Shown here: in pieces, positions 13,760 to 27,724 of the stretch
How the letters are laid out: every line of letters starts with the position of its first letter
Numbering within the stretch: position 1 is the stretch's first letter
From: Lama glama
Taxonomy: Eukaryota
Length of the DNA: 64,000 nt
Assembly: GCA_028534125.1 (NCBI GenBank)
Contig: CM052816.1
Span: forward strand, 83,454,001 to 83,518,000
Direction: 5' to 3'
The notes under the pieces: generated by a model
Told to the model about the DNA's origin: nothing
Databases searched by the model: none
The model's input: the letters and a program-made list of their open reading frames with translations, nothing else
Program-made: the position numbers and the translations under genes

Positions 13760-14595
13760 GCCCTCCTCTTTATCTGTCTCTTTGCTTTTTATCTATCCCA
13801 TTTGTCCCCATTTATTACCTCATTAACTCCTTCCCATAGGCAGCTATTCTAATGTGCTTAAAGTTCATCTTTTTGTCTGTATTTTTTCTTGACATTTTTA
13901 TTGCTTTTTTGTGTATGTGTGCTTTTAACTTTGCAGAAATGGCTTCTTACATATTTTACTCTGTTTCTTACTTTTTTTCAATCAGTATTATGACTTTTGG
14001 AGAATTCATGTTGCTATTGTACATTTAGCCTATTGCTTCTAACTACCGCATAGCACTTACCTAGATGACATACATCTACATGTTTTACCTGGTAATTTTT
14101 CTCATGATAGACAGATCACTAACTCTTCATCAACACAACAGTATCCACACATTACTCCGCACACATTAGTAATGGCAACATATTAATATGAACATCCTTA
14201 TACACTTCCCCTTTCAGACCAGTGTGAACATTTCTCTGGGACATATAGCTAGAACAGAATATCTGAGTTACAGTTTATACAGATATTTAACTTACCTAAG
14301 TAGTGCCAGATTACTCATGAAAATGGCTACACATCAATCTAGACTCAGCCAGCAGTCCACGAAGAATACTAGATAACCCAAATCCCATCTCCTACCAATT
14401 GGCATTATTCAGTTTTCTAATTTTTTTCAGCCTAACTTGGTGTAAAGGGAAATCCCATTGTTCTTATTTTTCAGGTTAATAATAAATTTTTATTTTTTTT
14501 TCAGGTTAATAATATTTTTCAGGTTAATAATAAATACAAGCATTTCTTTCTTGCCTTTTGGGTTTTCTCTTTCCTAAAATGCTTACTCATATTTC
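13760..14595 (-). mobile_element. Ancient L1M fragment
   Basis: atgaacatccttatacac...catttctctgggacatatagctaga...ggcattattcagttttctaatttt resembles antisense L1. Confidence 0.65.
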
Positions 14596-15304
14596 TATCA
14601 ACAATAGTTTCTATATTCTTAAAAAGAAGATAAATTGTTTTTTCTACAAAGTCAGAACTGTTTGTTCCTGTTTGTACTGATGTGCAAAGGGATCCCGTAT
14701 ATCATACTAGGATTGACCCTATTCTTTGGAAGTATTTAAGCATGAGTTCTTTATGTCAAAGTTCAGTCCTGGCCTTACTTTTCAAATAAAATTCATATTA
14801 ACATAATCAGAAGATAGTACCATAATCTATTAACTGGTCAAAGATATATACCTCAGTTCGGGTTAAAATGAGCTTGGAGATTTTTACTGAGGAATTGAAT
14901 TGATTGAGTCCACTTTCCCATCTTTTTATATGGAAAACTTGCTGAAAATAGCTATTACAGGCTGATTCTGGAGAATGAAGTATATTAAAAATATTAGATG
15001 TCAGAAAAAGAAAAATATATATTTCATTTCTTCTCCATTTCTATAATTTCAATTTACTCCATATATAGGACAGTATTAATTTTAAAATTCTCTGTAATAT
15101 AGTCCTATCTGCTATAACTAATTCTGTTTAAAATGCAGATAAATGTTAAAGGGATTAAAGAGCTTCTCTCATCTAATTCAATTCCTTTGCCCTGTATTAC
15201 CAAAGAAATTTGTGTTGTTTTAAAACAACCTTTAAAAAGTATAGAAATAAAAAAAAATTGCTCATACATATACAATAAGTTACTGTAAATGGAAGACATT
15301 ATGA

Positions 15305-15840
15305 CATCAGAAGTCTGAAATCAAGATGCCAGCAGGGCTGTATTCCCTTAGAGGTCTAGGGGAGCTTTAGCTCTTGCCTCTTTCAGCCTGAGGGCCCCTG
15401 GCATTCCTTTGTTTGTGGCTGCATAACTCTAATTTCTGCCTTCATCTTCACATGTCTTTTTTCCCTCTGTGTTTCTTCTCAGTGTGTCTCTTATATCAAT
15501 GCTTGTCTTTGGATTTAGGATCCAACTGGATAACTGAGGATGATTTCATCTTGAGATCCTTAATTTAATTACATCTTTTTTTTTTTAATTGAAGTATAGT
15601 CAGTTTATAATGTGTCAATTTCTGGTGTACAGTGTAATGTTTCAGTCATACATATACATACATATATTCATTGTCATATCCTTTTTCATTATAAGTTACT
15701 ACAAGATAGTGAATATACTTCCCTGTGCTATACAGAAGAAACTTGTTGTTTATCTATTTTATATATAGTAGTTAGTAATTACATCTTAAAGATCCTTTTT
15801 CAAGTTGAAGTTGTATTCACATATTGCAGGGATTAGGTAG
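15305..15840 (-). mobile_element. MLT1 (MaLR) LTR split by an L1 insertion
   Basis: agaagtctgaaatcaagatgccagcagggctg...gatttcatcttgagatccttaatttaattacatct, resuming at aaagatcctttttc...ggattagg. Confidence 0.85.
15578..15775 (-). mobile_element. Young 5'-truncated L1 3' end with 12-bp TSD
   Basis: Poly(T) then aattgaagtatagtcagttt...; TSD taattacatctt at 15566-15577 and 15776-15787. Confidence 0.9.
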
Positions 15841-15843
15841 CAG

Positions 15844-15874
<31 letters not shown>

Positions 15875-17321
15875 TTCACTCGCTTCAATCACTATGTTAA
15901 TCTCCAAGACCATGGATTTGTTTTTTCTTTTAATAAAAGTTATGTAAATGAAATCACACTTTATGTACTCCTTTGTGGGTGACTTTTTTCACAAGATTTT
16001 ATATGCAAAAGTTTTTATCATGTTGCTTCATGGAGAATCAGCATATTCATTTTCATTGCTAAGTAATGTTCAATTTTATGAAAACAACACAAATAATATA
16101 TACATTTTTTTCTTAATGAACATTTGAGTTGTGTCCAGATTAGGGTATTATAAACATTATTGTAATGACCATTCTCATTTTCCTGAACATAAAAACAGTT
16201 TTTACTTTCCAAAGACCAGAATATGTTAATTCTTAAATCTTTGAATTCTCAGTTTGTTTCTGTTATTTACTGTTTCATTTGCCTTTCACTCACTTATTAC
16301 TGCATATACTATACTTAGAATTTTTGATCAAAAGGGAGATATAGGTAAAGTTTCAAATATAACTTGAGCTATGTTATCTTTTTTCCAGAGTTGGTTACAT
16401 TTGACTCTGATGGTAGGTAGGATACTAATTCCAATGAGATATTCAACTAATTCAAGTCTAAGACTTTTTGTTTCTTTTCTTTACTGTAAGTTTTAGTCTT
16501 TAAATGTCCCTACTGAAAGTTTAAGGTATTTACCAGACTGCGTGTCCTTACTGGACCTCAAAGAATATTAATTAATTATTAATTCTGCGATACACAAAAT
16601 AACTTTTGGAATCTGCTCAGCTTCTCAATCTCTGTTCCCCTAGTGCTTCACAGGGAAAGAACTGCATAATGCCCAGTTCACTCGTATTTCTCACTTCTCT
16701 AAAGCCTTGTCTCCTCAGTTAGTTTCTGTCTTAGTAGATCTTCAGTGCATTTATATATATATGCCTGATTTTCAAGTTTATTCTTAAAGTGGTCTGGTGT
16801 TTGATATTTTTATAACTAGAAGTCAGAAACCTTCCAGCAACTTTAAATCATAAAGCAGTTGCAATTCAGTAATTAGAATGTTCAAACCAAGATATTATTC
16901 AAAATGCTGAATTTGATTTATCATTAAATATTTTCCCCCTGAACAGTTTGGACCTGCTTCAGGCTGGAAGTTTGCTATGATTAAACGGGTCTTTATTCTT
17001 CTGCTCCTCTTTCTTCCTGCTCATTGCTTCCCCTGCTTGCTTCCTGCTAACCTTCTGTTTAGATTCTGGCCAGGCAAAGGAGAGGAGAGAAGGTAAATGT
17101 ACATATTTTGTTTATTATCTATCAAGAAATACAAATGATGTTTGTGCTCCTTGACAACAACAAATAAACATAAAAATAAACAGGAAGATAAGAAATCCAA
17201 ATCCTAAACCACTGAGAAAAAACTTAGAAAAGAACCTCACCATCTTTAAAAAGACAAATCATATACTATTAGTGATATTAATATGTTAGGAAACATGACA
17301 CTTAAAAATTTTTACCCAATT

Positions 17322-17585
17322 CTTTTTTTTCAGTGTTATTGAGAAATCACTAACATACATCACCATATAAATTTATGGTGTGCAATATGATGGTTTGATT
17401 TACATATACTGTGAAATGATTACAATAGGTTTAGTTAAATGTCCATCATCTCATACAGATACAATAAAAGAAAAGAAAAAATTCTCCTTGTGATGAGAAC
17501 TCTCAGGAGCTACTCTCTTAACAGGTGTCCTATGTATCATACAACAGCATTAGCTATAATCATCATGTTGTACATTATATCCCTT
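17322..17585 (-). mobile_element. L1MA-like 3' end
   Basis: ttattgagaaatcactaacatac...gatttacatatactgtgaaatgattac...gtgatgagaactctcagg...atcatgttgtacattatatccc. Confidence 0.85.
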
Positions 17586-17859
17586 ACTGCCATTTTAATC
17601 TCTTCCAAATAAGATGAGAAGAAAAATGTTACTTTTCTCATTTCTTTAAACAACCATCAACAACAACACACACACACAAATGCCACAACAAAGAATATTC
17701 TTAAATGTCATAGCTTGTGAAACACAATTCTGGATGTGAGTTAAAATAGAAAATAGAAAAAAAATTAAGTAGTTGTGTGCATAATTTAACAGAACCAGTG
17801 GAAGAGAAATTTTTCTGCCTAACAAAAATTTGTGCTCGCTCTTTCGTAACAGACTCGTG

Positions 17860-18215
17860 TCTCTCAAAGGGGCTGTGCAATCAGACTATCTTCCCATTCC
17901 CTCTAGTATATAGCGTGGCCATGCAGTTAGTTCTCAGCCTTAGAGAGCAAGACATAGTGCTGACCGCTAATTCCAGGAGAAAGCTTTAGGAAAGCACTGT
18001 TCTGCTCCATACACTTTACTCCACTGCACCAGCTGGTACCACGAGATCTAGGAGTTGACAAGTCCACAGCAAGCAACCTGGACTCCAGAAGCATAATATG
18101 ACAGAAAGGTGACTGCTTAGGTACAGTAGACTTGAAATGTTGACCGAGATAAAGTTCTTATTTATAAACTGGTGAAACTGAATAGTTGTCATAGAAGCAT
18201 GCATTATAGTAACTA
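17860..18215 (+). mobile_element. Old ERVL/MaLR-type LTR
   Basis: actatcttcccattccctct...gcgtggccatgcagttagttctcagcc...cctggactcc...gagataaagttcttattt. Confidence 0.55.
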
Positions 18216-20092
18216 AAACAATATATAAAGTCTATTTTCTATGTAAATTTAATATTTTACTTAAACACATGTACAGAATATCTTATCTGACCTTTACAGA
18301 CAAAAATGCTTTGGCCTTCACTGCATTTTAGATTTCGGAAGCTTGTGTATACTCCATAATAAGCAGCTTTTACAAGTAATCTGTGGAAGCATTTGCAATG
18401 TATTTATTGAAGTTTAGATTCTTCTGCTATCAACATTATTTTGAATGTATGGTATTATGGATTTTGTACAATATAAGGTGCAAAATCCAGAGACTGAAAA
18501 ACAACAAGTAATTTCCCCATAATTAGAATTTATGCATGATAGGAAGGAGTGGAAATGATTCAAAAGGTTAAGTTCTAAGTACTTTTATCTAATGGAAAGA
18601 CCAAGCTAAGTAACATGCTTTATATAGTGAGTTTGAGAAATCAAAGCTTAATAATGCTAAAATGTTTAGATAACTGAAATGCTGAATATATATTAAAACT
18701 TGGATAAAAACATTTAAAAACGTAATAACAGGAAATGATTGAAATAGTTTTAAAAGTTTTTTTTTTCTTTTTTATCTTCATATGGTTAAATGATTGAACA
18801 ATGAAAACTATGGTAAGGAAAAATTCAATTGTATTAGAAAAAAATCTCTTTTTATATTTATATAATTAATCCCTTATTTGTTCTCTGAATCAATATAATA
18901 AAGTGTTAACTTTAAGCAATTTGCTTATAAAAGACTAAGCATTATCAGCAATACATATTAAAAGCCATGAAATAAGCATGAGACTATTTCATTACATATC
19001 ACACTGGGACTAACATAGCATAGTACAAAAAAAAAAAAAACAAGTTCTAGCTTGTGGTCAATGAAAGGAGGGAATCCAGAAATAAGCTTTCTAAATTGAC
19101 TTAAAATCATTTTGAAACAGGAATTACCAATCTATTCTTACATTACATCTCCTACATTTTAAATGTCTTTCTGTTCTAGCAAGTTTCAACTTATTCTCCA
19201 CATATTTCTGCTAAATGTCATTGCATCTGAGAAACTAATTTTGGTCACTACCATTGCATGGTATTCTATTCCAACCCTGTCATCAAATCAAATTCCTTTC
19301 AACTTTCCTGATAATAGTTGAAAGTTGGATTATACTTTTATCTCATTCCTGGATGCTTGGCAGTTTGAGCATTTGAAATATAATTCAGACAATGACTGCT
19401 TGATACTGGATATGGATGAAGTATTAATATCTAGGCCTTTAATTTCTAAACTTTTAAATCTATCTCAAAGTTGTATTAGATATTTTCTGCCTGATAGTAT
19501 TCTATACATACTAGACCTGCCATAATCACCAAATAATCAAAAGTTTTTAATAAAATGAAATTTTATATATTTTTTTAGTTGCTAGGTATATCATGATTTT
19601 ATAGGTCATGCAAACTATTAGAAATACTTATATACCTTCCAAACTATTAGCAAAAATGTTTGTGGTGGTATTCTTATTTGAAATTTATACTGTATCACTG
19701 AACATAAGCAACATCATTTGTCCTATTATCAGACACAAGTATTAAGAGATTATTTAAGTACTAGTTTGTTGTAAACAAATGAAGATGTCATACAGAAGAG
19801 TACTGATTTTTAAGAAATCATTTATATATGCATATTGATAATAAGCTATTAAAATATATTTTCATATTTAACATTTATCTAGATATTTACCGACCAAAAA
19901 TTAACCTAATCAGAAGTGCACTTTTCTTCATGGTTGGTGTTAGTCATATGGGTTCCAAACACGAATATACTGTTAAATATATTACAAGTATTATTGTTCC
20001 ATCTCAATTTTTTAGAAAAATTAATTTCTTACTTCTAATTACAGATATGTTATAATCCAACTAAAATTTTTCTTTAACAGTATAATGATCTC

Positions 20093-20487
20093 ATTATACT
20101 AAGCAAAGTAAGCCAGAAAGAGAATGAAAAATATCATATGATCTCACTTATAAGTGGAATCTTAAAAAAATAGAAAAGGACACATATGAACTTTTTACAA
20201 AACAGAGACAGACTCACAGACATAGACAACGAACTTATAGTTACTATGGAGGGAAAAAGGGTGAGAAGGGATAAATTGGGAGTCTGGGATTTGCAGAAAC
20301 TAAATACTACATATAAAATAGATAAATAATAAGCTTCTACTGTATAGCACAGGGAATTATATTCAATATCTTGAAATAGTCTGTAATGAAAAAGAATATG
20401 AAAAGGAATATATATATGTATAACTGAATCACTATGCTGTACACCAAAAATTAACACAACATTGTAAGTAGACTATACTTCAATTAG
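20093..20487 (+). mobile_element. Young 5'-truncated L1 3' end with TSD
   Basis: aagtaagccagaaagaga...cagactcacagacatag...ctgtatagcacaggga...aacattgtaagtagactatacttcaatt; TSD aacagtataatgatctc / aaaagtgtaatgatctc (15/17). Confidence 0.9.
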
Positions 20488-20601
20488 AAAAGTGTAATGA
20501 TCTCCAACTATAATATATAAGGAGATTTTCAAAACTTTAACTTGTTTTATGAATAAGTAATGTGAGAAGCAAAAAAAAGTTCTTAATTCTGATTTAAATT
20601 T

Positions 20602-20664
20602 ATATATATATATATATATACACACATACACACATACATACATATATATATATACACATACATA
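20602..20664. repeat. (TA)n/(CA)n compound microsatellite
   Basis: Seen directly. Confidence 0.9.
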
Positions 20665-22350
20665 TTTTGCTACTAACCTTACCTTACTATTATTATAATA
20701 CAAATATCACTAGCCCTTTCAAAGGCTGCCTCTTTAGCTGTTTGAACAAAAAAGAAGGCTACTCCTTTTGTTTACATCTGCTACCTATTCTCCCAGATGG
20801 ACAGGCTGTCCTGGTTGGTAAATAAGCAGATCTACATTCGTATTTTTATCTAAACATTTTAAACTTTCTAACATGCTATCTGACCCTCCTGGTTTGCTTT
20901 TCAGTGTAACACTGCAATTTTCGTGTCTTTTTCTTTTCACAGAGAGTTTATACTTTAGTAATAAATGAAGAAAAAAATATACCTGTTTGGTTTCCGAAGC
21001 TACCCAGCCTACTTGAATGCTCCAAGAGCAAAAGTTTCATGAACTCTTATACAAATCACCATGTTGAAGAAAATTTAGCTGAACATTTGAGAACTATTTC
21101 TAAAATCTATTGGCTTTGAACTATTAGAGCCTATCTAATTAAAGTTTTAGTTAAATGTATAATGATTAAGAAATAGTCATTTTAATTTAATCTGCTTTTC
21201 AAGGTTAATAGGGCACATTTATTTTTAAATGAAAATTTAAACGAAATTGCTCGTAGCAACATTATTCATTATCACAATAAAAGATAGTTCTTATATTATG
21301 CATCAAAGCTACTTCTTATATTGTACATCCTTCCTGGGAGGTCAAAGATTTTAGAGGCACTATCTTGCTATTACTTCTAGGTTTTTAATAAAATTAAAAT
21401 AGGCTACAGATTTAAGCAAAATAAAAACACAATTTCCAGTCTTAATGATAAGAAATACAAAATCTATAACATTTTGACAAAAGTCTCTTTAATCTCTTAA
21501 ATAGCTTTTTATTTAATTACCTTTTCTATTAGCTCTTTTGTCTATCATTTGGTTTTCAAAAACAAAGGTAGAAAGAGGTAGGTAAAGTTAAAAGTCACTT
21601 TTTCCCCTTTCCAAGAGTTTTTATTCCTTCTGGCCCCATCCCTTTTGTCCTTATTTTAAATGCTTTTTGTGGATGTTGTGTGGGATGTCCCCACATTATT
21701 AAGATAGATGTTGAGGACTCAGCAGTTGACCTAAAGCATTACAAAATGCAAGTCTGGATTGTAAAAATGGCTAGATCTGCAAAATACTTGCCATTTTCTT
21801 TCTGTTAATCTATTTCTCTCCAGTTGATAAAAATACATCCTAGAAAAATTATATATGGAAAAATTTATTTTTTTTCTGCAACATGCAGGAAGATAACATA
21901 AGGATTTAGTGAGTTAAGGAACTGAAACAGGCAATATCCACCAAATAGAAAAATAGTTTCTTTTTACTGACTGGAATTCCTTTATTTCTTAAAAATAGTG
22001 ATCAGGTATCTACTTCAATAGTTTATAATTTGTTTTAGATATTCAGTGGGAATCATTCAATATACATATACAGTTTCAATTTATTAGAATCTAAATCAAC
22101 TATTTTAATACAATTAGAACCAGAAATTTTAGTAAATTAATAAAAAGCAATCACTGAGAAACTTCATCTCATTCACTGCTTTCTTAGACTAATGTAAATG
22201 TTCAGTTTTACTTCCCATTAATATTTTGGCTAAATAACAGTACTATCTTCTGAAAATTTTGGCATGGGTTCCAATGTACCTGATGTTTCCTTCTTCATTC
22301 TGGAGTGTAGAAGACAACAACTTCTAGAACTTTAGAAAAATGCAGAGCAG

Positions 22351-22525
22351 GGTTGGGGGTGGGTATAGATCAGTGGTAAGAGTGTGTGCCTATCATGTGC
22401 AAGGTCCTGGGTTCAATCCCCAGTACCTCCATTAAAATAAATGAAAATCTAATTACCTCCCCCTCAGTAAGAATAAAAATCTAATTACCTCCCCACCAAA
22501 AAATGTTAAAAAAAATAAAATAAAG
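22351..22525 (+). mobile_element. Camelid Vic-1-type SINE
   Basis: gggtatagatcagtggtaagag (A box), ggttcaatcc (B box), aaaatctaattacctcccc present twice, A-rich tail. Confidence 0.92.
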
Positions 22526-22839
22526 AAAAGCGAAGGGATTATAATCCTTATGATGTTAAAAGGGGCAAGACATATGTACTATGACATGAGGTTTCCTGAA
22601 TGCCCCCAAATATCTCCATTTTTGGGTTATGGAGCTATAATTTTCAAACACTTAAGTGCTGTGATCAGTTTGTTATACTTTCATGGAGAAAGCAGTCTTT
22701 CTGTGATACAAAAAATGTCTGTTTTTGGTGAAAGAGAGTGAATGGGGAAGTGGAGCAATATTATAAATGAAGACTAGAAGAAACCTCTGCAGAGATGACA
22801 TCTTCTCCTTTATTTCCTGGGTTTTAGTTTTCACTCCTT

Positions 22840-23730
22840 TAGTATCCCTCCTAACCCACCTCCCAGGCCTAGGAAGTCACTAATCTATTTTCTGTCTCTA
22901 GAGATTTGCTTCTTTTGGGTTTATGAGATCAACGCAATGATAGTGTACATCATCTATTGTTAACTGGATTCTTTTTCTCAGCATAATATTTTCAAGGGTC
23001 ATACCTATTGTAGCAGCATTTCATGCATGCTTTATTGCCAAGTGATATTATGTAGGCAAATACAACATTTTATTTACTAATTCATCAGTTGATGGACATT
23101 TGAATTGTTTTCACTATTGCCAATAGTGTTGCTACAAACATTTACGTGTAAGTTTTTATATCCCTTGAATTGGAATTGCTTTTTTATACGGTAAATTTAT
23201 ATTTAAAACTTAGAGGAATGCCAGACTGTGTTTCACAGTTGCTGCATTTTACATTCCCACTGAGGGCTCCAGTTTCTCCACTTCCTTATCAACACTTGTT
23301 ATTTTCCATGTTTTTCGTGATTGACATACTAATGGGTGTGAAAGTGCATCTCATTGTTTTGATACACATTACCCTAATAACTAATGATATTGAGCATCAT
23401 TTCATGTGTTTATTATCTATTCATATCTTTTTGAGAAATGCATCTTCACTTTCTTGTTGGAATCATTTTTAGCACAAAAAATATTCATTTTGATTAAGTC
23501 CAATTAATCTTTCTATTTTTATTTTACTTTTTGTGTTTTTGGTGTCATGTCTAAGAAACCATTGTATAATTTGAGATCATGAATTTCGATTCCTATGGTT
23601 TTCCCTAGTGTGTTTTTGTTTCTTAATTTTAGCTCTTACATTTATATCTTAAGACATGTTTGAGTTAAGCTTTGCATATGGTGTCAGGTAGAAGTCCAGT
23701 TTCATTCATCTGCATATGAATATTCAATAC
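22840..23730 (-). mobile_element. Old L1M (3' UTR / ORF2 end) fragment
   Basis: cactaatctattttctgtctctagagatttg...cagttgatggacatttg...actaatgatattgagcatc...ttttggtgtcatgtctaagaaacc. Confidence 0.85.
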
Positions 23731-25779
23731 TAATTCTTCCTGATGCAATTTTTTCCATTTATCTTGGCAATCAAGTTATTATATTAAAATTTGAATTTAA
23801 TTAAATGTTAGCTGATTTTCAGAACTTGATTATTATTAGTAAGTTCAAACATACAGACTGGATTCATCCATTCTTCTAAAAATAGCTTGCTATTTCCTCA
23901 GTTAGAGACTTAGGAGGTAATGGTCATAAACTTTAAGATTTTGTGTTTAGCAAGTAATTCCCTCATACAAAAAAACCCCAATAAGCCAAATGTATGTTGA
24001 AAAGTTAAAATATTTTAATACCTGGTGAGACGTTTACCAGGAATGAGAGCAAAGAAAAATCAGCAGAGGTGATGAAAACAATCTAAAAACCAAATTGATT
24101 TGACCATGGTTCTATCACATCTGGACTATTTTTTGTTGACCTATTAATATTTTTATTATTTAAAGCTAAATTGTTAGGTCTAGCTAGACTATAGTATCAT
24201 ATTGGAAAGGAGAGGCTGTGATAACTAAATACAGAATTCTAAAGTAACTTTATTTTCAAATAAATCTTTTCAAAGGTACTTCAAGGTAAACTACATTTAT
24301 CAAGATTTACCATGTTATGCAAAATTCAGAAATTTTATAAATCCTTCAAAAAGCAGACTAAGTAACAGTGGATTTTCCTGAGTAAAGAACGTAAGTAGCC
24401 TCGTGCAAGTGGGCATTCGAAAGACACATCGTAGATGACACCCTTTCTCCTCATTCCCTGAAGTGACATTCTTGTGTTCAAAATCAAATATTAATAGTCT
24501 CTATAATCTGTCCCATAATAAGGTTTTGTTATAATAAATTAATGTGCAACTTAAAGATAGTATTTTTCAAGTCTATCAGATGAGAATGAAGTGATTGGCT
24601 AATTAAATATTCATACTTCAGACACTGTGAGCCAGAATCTCTTAAGGAAAATGTTTGAAAATATGAATTTTAAATTAAATAAACAAAATTTTTCCAATGA
24701 TCTCCCCCAAATAAGTCAGAGATACAAAACTGAAATCATAACACAGTTTGATTTCAAACCATAAAGGAATTATAATCTAATTCAACCTATGAAGATTATG
24801 TCTTTGTTAAATATGTGGGAAACTTTTTTTACTAATAACATTAAAAAATAAAATCAACATACTACTGAGGAAAAAACTTTAGAAGAATCAGTATAGGCTG
24901 TCAGTAAACACTGGAAAATTCTGAAGCATTATTTCTGCTACTTCCACAAAATGCTCAAAATTATAATTACAAACAGTTTTGATAGGTGATAACCTCTTCC
25001 TTCACCAGGTAAACCACGACAGAGACACTGCATGTTTGCAAACTGGCCATGGACAGCCTTTAACTGGCCAGTGGGCCCAAGATAAATAATAGAAATCAGT
25101 ATTCAAAGTTCTTAAATTATCAGGTAAGTTCTTTCTGAGTGAAAACAAATGAACAAATGAATCAACTTAGAACCTACACATATTAATTTCTCCAAATTAA
25201 AATAATAAAATTAACATGTTACAATTAATCATTTCAGCTTAAATTGCTAAAAGTGTATTCTTTATTATGTTGCTTCTTGATTCTTTATGCTGTTTTTGGT
25301 TCACCTTGATGATCTTAAAGGTATTACTCAGAATCATTTAGTAATATATTCAATTTTGTTTCACTCTGTAGAAAATGTATTCAAAACATTTTAATTAAAG
25401 CCAAAATTAATCTAAGTGAATTTTTTAAATACATTGGTTTGAACACAACAAAAGGATAATAAATGTATCTCATTATGATCTCCTCTGTATTTTCAATGTC
25501 CTGTAGAAAATACACAGAAAGGTTAATTTCTGCATTTGTTTACATGACCATTTATATTCCCATTACATCAAGTGTTATTTTTAAAAAATTATATGTTAGA
25601 TTTATAAATGTCATTTATTATATCTATATTCTATATCTCAGAATAATATTAAGATTTATACTGTACATATTTTAATAAAGGATTATTTACACAGGAGGGA
25701 TGAAATGGAGCCATGAATCATGGTATATGTTTGTAACAGTTCACAAAAAGCCATATAATAGAAGCAAAGGAATGTGATT

Positions 25780-26240
25780 CCTTGCCTGGACCTTGTTGAA
25801 TTGTTCTTGTCTGAGGTTTTTCACATGTTTACAGTCAGGTGGCAGCTGGACTGTAATCATCCTATTGTGCCACTAAGCTGGGTCACGGTGGTTAAGGCAC
25901 AAGGCTGGCAGGGGCTGACTGTGGCCTGGGACCTCACTTGGGCTGTTTCCCAGAGCACCTACTTCTGACCTCTGCATTTAACTTTTGCTTATCAAAGCAC
26001 AGTAGCCATGTCCTAGGAGGCAGTGTCACAGGAAAAGAAGAGATCCAAACAAGTTCAGGCAGACGCTGCAAGGCTTTTTATGACCTAGCCTCTGACACCA
26101 CACTGAGTCTCTTGTGTTCTCTTCTGTTGATCAAAAGTGAGTCATGTGACCAGATCAAATTCACTTGGAAGTGATTACAGGAAGGAACAAATGCCTGGAT
26201 GCCTGACTCTTTGAGGTTCCTGCTTAAAAAACTAACTTAC
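25780..26240 (-). mobile_element. MLT1 (MaLR) LTR
   Basis: gtttacagtcaggtggcagctggactg...ggcctgggacctc...gcaaggctttttatgacctagcctc. Confidence 0.75.
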
Positions 26241-27173
26241 TCAGGAGAGGAGAGAAGGTCTACAAATAGCTTCCCTGATCCTGGAGTATTCTGAGTATGG
26301 AGGCCATGCATTTTTTTCGGTCAGCATGCCCATGGCCCTAAGACATTGGTGGGATTGCTTAATTGAAACTATGAATAATAGAGAAGTTGTTTTTTATATA
26401 TATTTTTTAGACACAAAATTAGTTTTGTTGTTGATTTTGCCTTGCTTTGCTTTTAACAGATAGAATCACAATGAAGGCGATATGATTATTATTGATTACT
26501 TGGGACCAAGTATCTTTTAGGGCATGAGTAAAAAACAATAGCTTTCATAAGCAAAACTAAATTAAGCTTGACTGTGCGCTATCTCTGAGAGGTTGCTAAA
26601 GGTATATTTGCTTCAAAGCAATTCTGAAAACAAGACAATGTGAAGTTTCTTGCACATGAGTACTGTAGAGAAAATTCAGATATAGCATATATTATTACTG
26701 AGTAAAAATAAAACAAATAAATTCTCTAAAACTATGATTACATCTTATAAAAAACAATATAACTGCGTTTAATAGCAATAATATTTTAGGAAAAATGTTA
26801 CAAAATATATTAATATAAACATCAACTAAATGAAAAATAGAGAGGTTCAAGAATGTAACACTAAATTATCACATTCTGTTGATTATTATTTTGTAGTTGG
26901 CTTTATTACTTTGATAACTATGTAAGTTTAAAAAGCTAAAGATCGAATTTGTTCTTAGAAACAACAATTAGAACATATATGAAAACTAAAAAAAGTGCAG
27001 TATACTGTATATATGTATTTACATGCAATACAATGCATATGTGCAGTCAAACTGTAATAATTCTACATAGTAAAACTGAAAAAAGGAAAAAAGAGAATAA
27101 CACTATATAAATCTTCCAATACCAGTCTTTAATTTAGATGTATTTTCTTTGCCTGATAATGTTTAGGGAAGTA

Positions 27174-27724
27174 TGAGTTCTTATCACTTTGAGGTTGAAA
27201 CTGAGTCCCCACAAAACTGAATTCCCTTACTGAGTTTATGATTAGTCTGTCCAAAGCTTTATTCCCTTTCTTGTCCACCCTGACTTCAATCCTGTACCTA
27301 CTGAACACTAATCTACCAGTCACATGACTAAAATGCTGTTGTTGACAACATCATTAATTAATACATTCCTATAATAAATGTCACCATTAATTTATACACT
27401 CAGGTTGTTTCTCCAGGGCAAGGTGAACTAACAGACCCCAGCCATGGACCGCCTGGCCAAAGAATCATAAACAAGAAACATGCTGACTGCTGAAACTATG
27501 ATTAAGAAATGTCACAGGACATTGACTAATCCCAGTCTCTTTGTTGTTCTCTTTCAAAAAACCTCTCACTCAGAGACCAAGCTGGAGTGGATCTGAGGCT
27601 TGTCTCCCACTCCCTTGCTTGGCTCCCTGCAGTAAACACTGCACTTCTCTTCACCACAACCTGGTGTCAGTAGATGGGCTTTGCTGGTCATCCCGTGAAC
27701 AGACTCAAGCTCAGTTCAGTAACA
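27174..27724 (+). mobile_element. ERV solo LTR (~550 bp)
   Basis: TG...CA termini (ends gttcagtaaca); flanking 5-bp repeat aagta at 27169-27173 and 27725-27729; agtaaa poly(A)-like signal. Confidence 0.7.

Noticed and set aside
14466..14535. Triplicated ttttcaggttaataata (apparent repeated acceptors)
   Set aside because: Local slippage duplication inside an old L1 fragment.
9390..21100. Resemblance of relic peptides to SLC9C1/SLC9C2, dynein heavy chain C-termini, myosin or vitellogenin
   Set aside because: Only short, mutually inconsistent motif likenesses, far below the identity expected of a mammalian orthologue; no gene symbol assigned.
22358..22430. tRNA gene (A/B boxes)
   Set aside because: It is the head of a SINE followed by the SINE tail; no intact cloverleaf.
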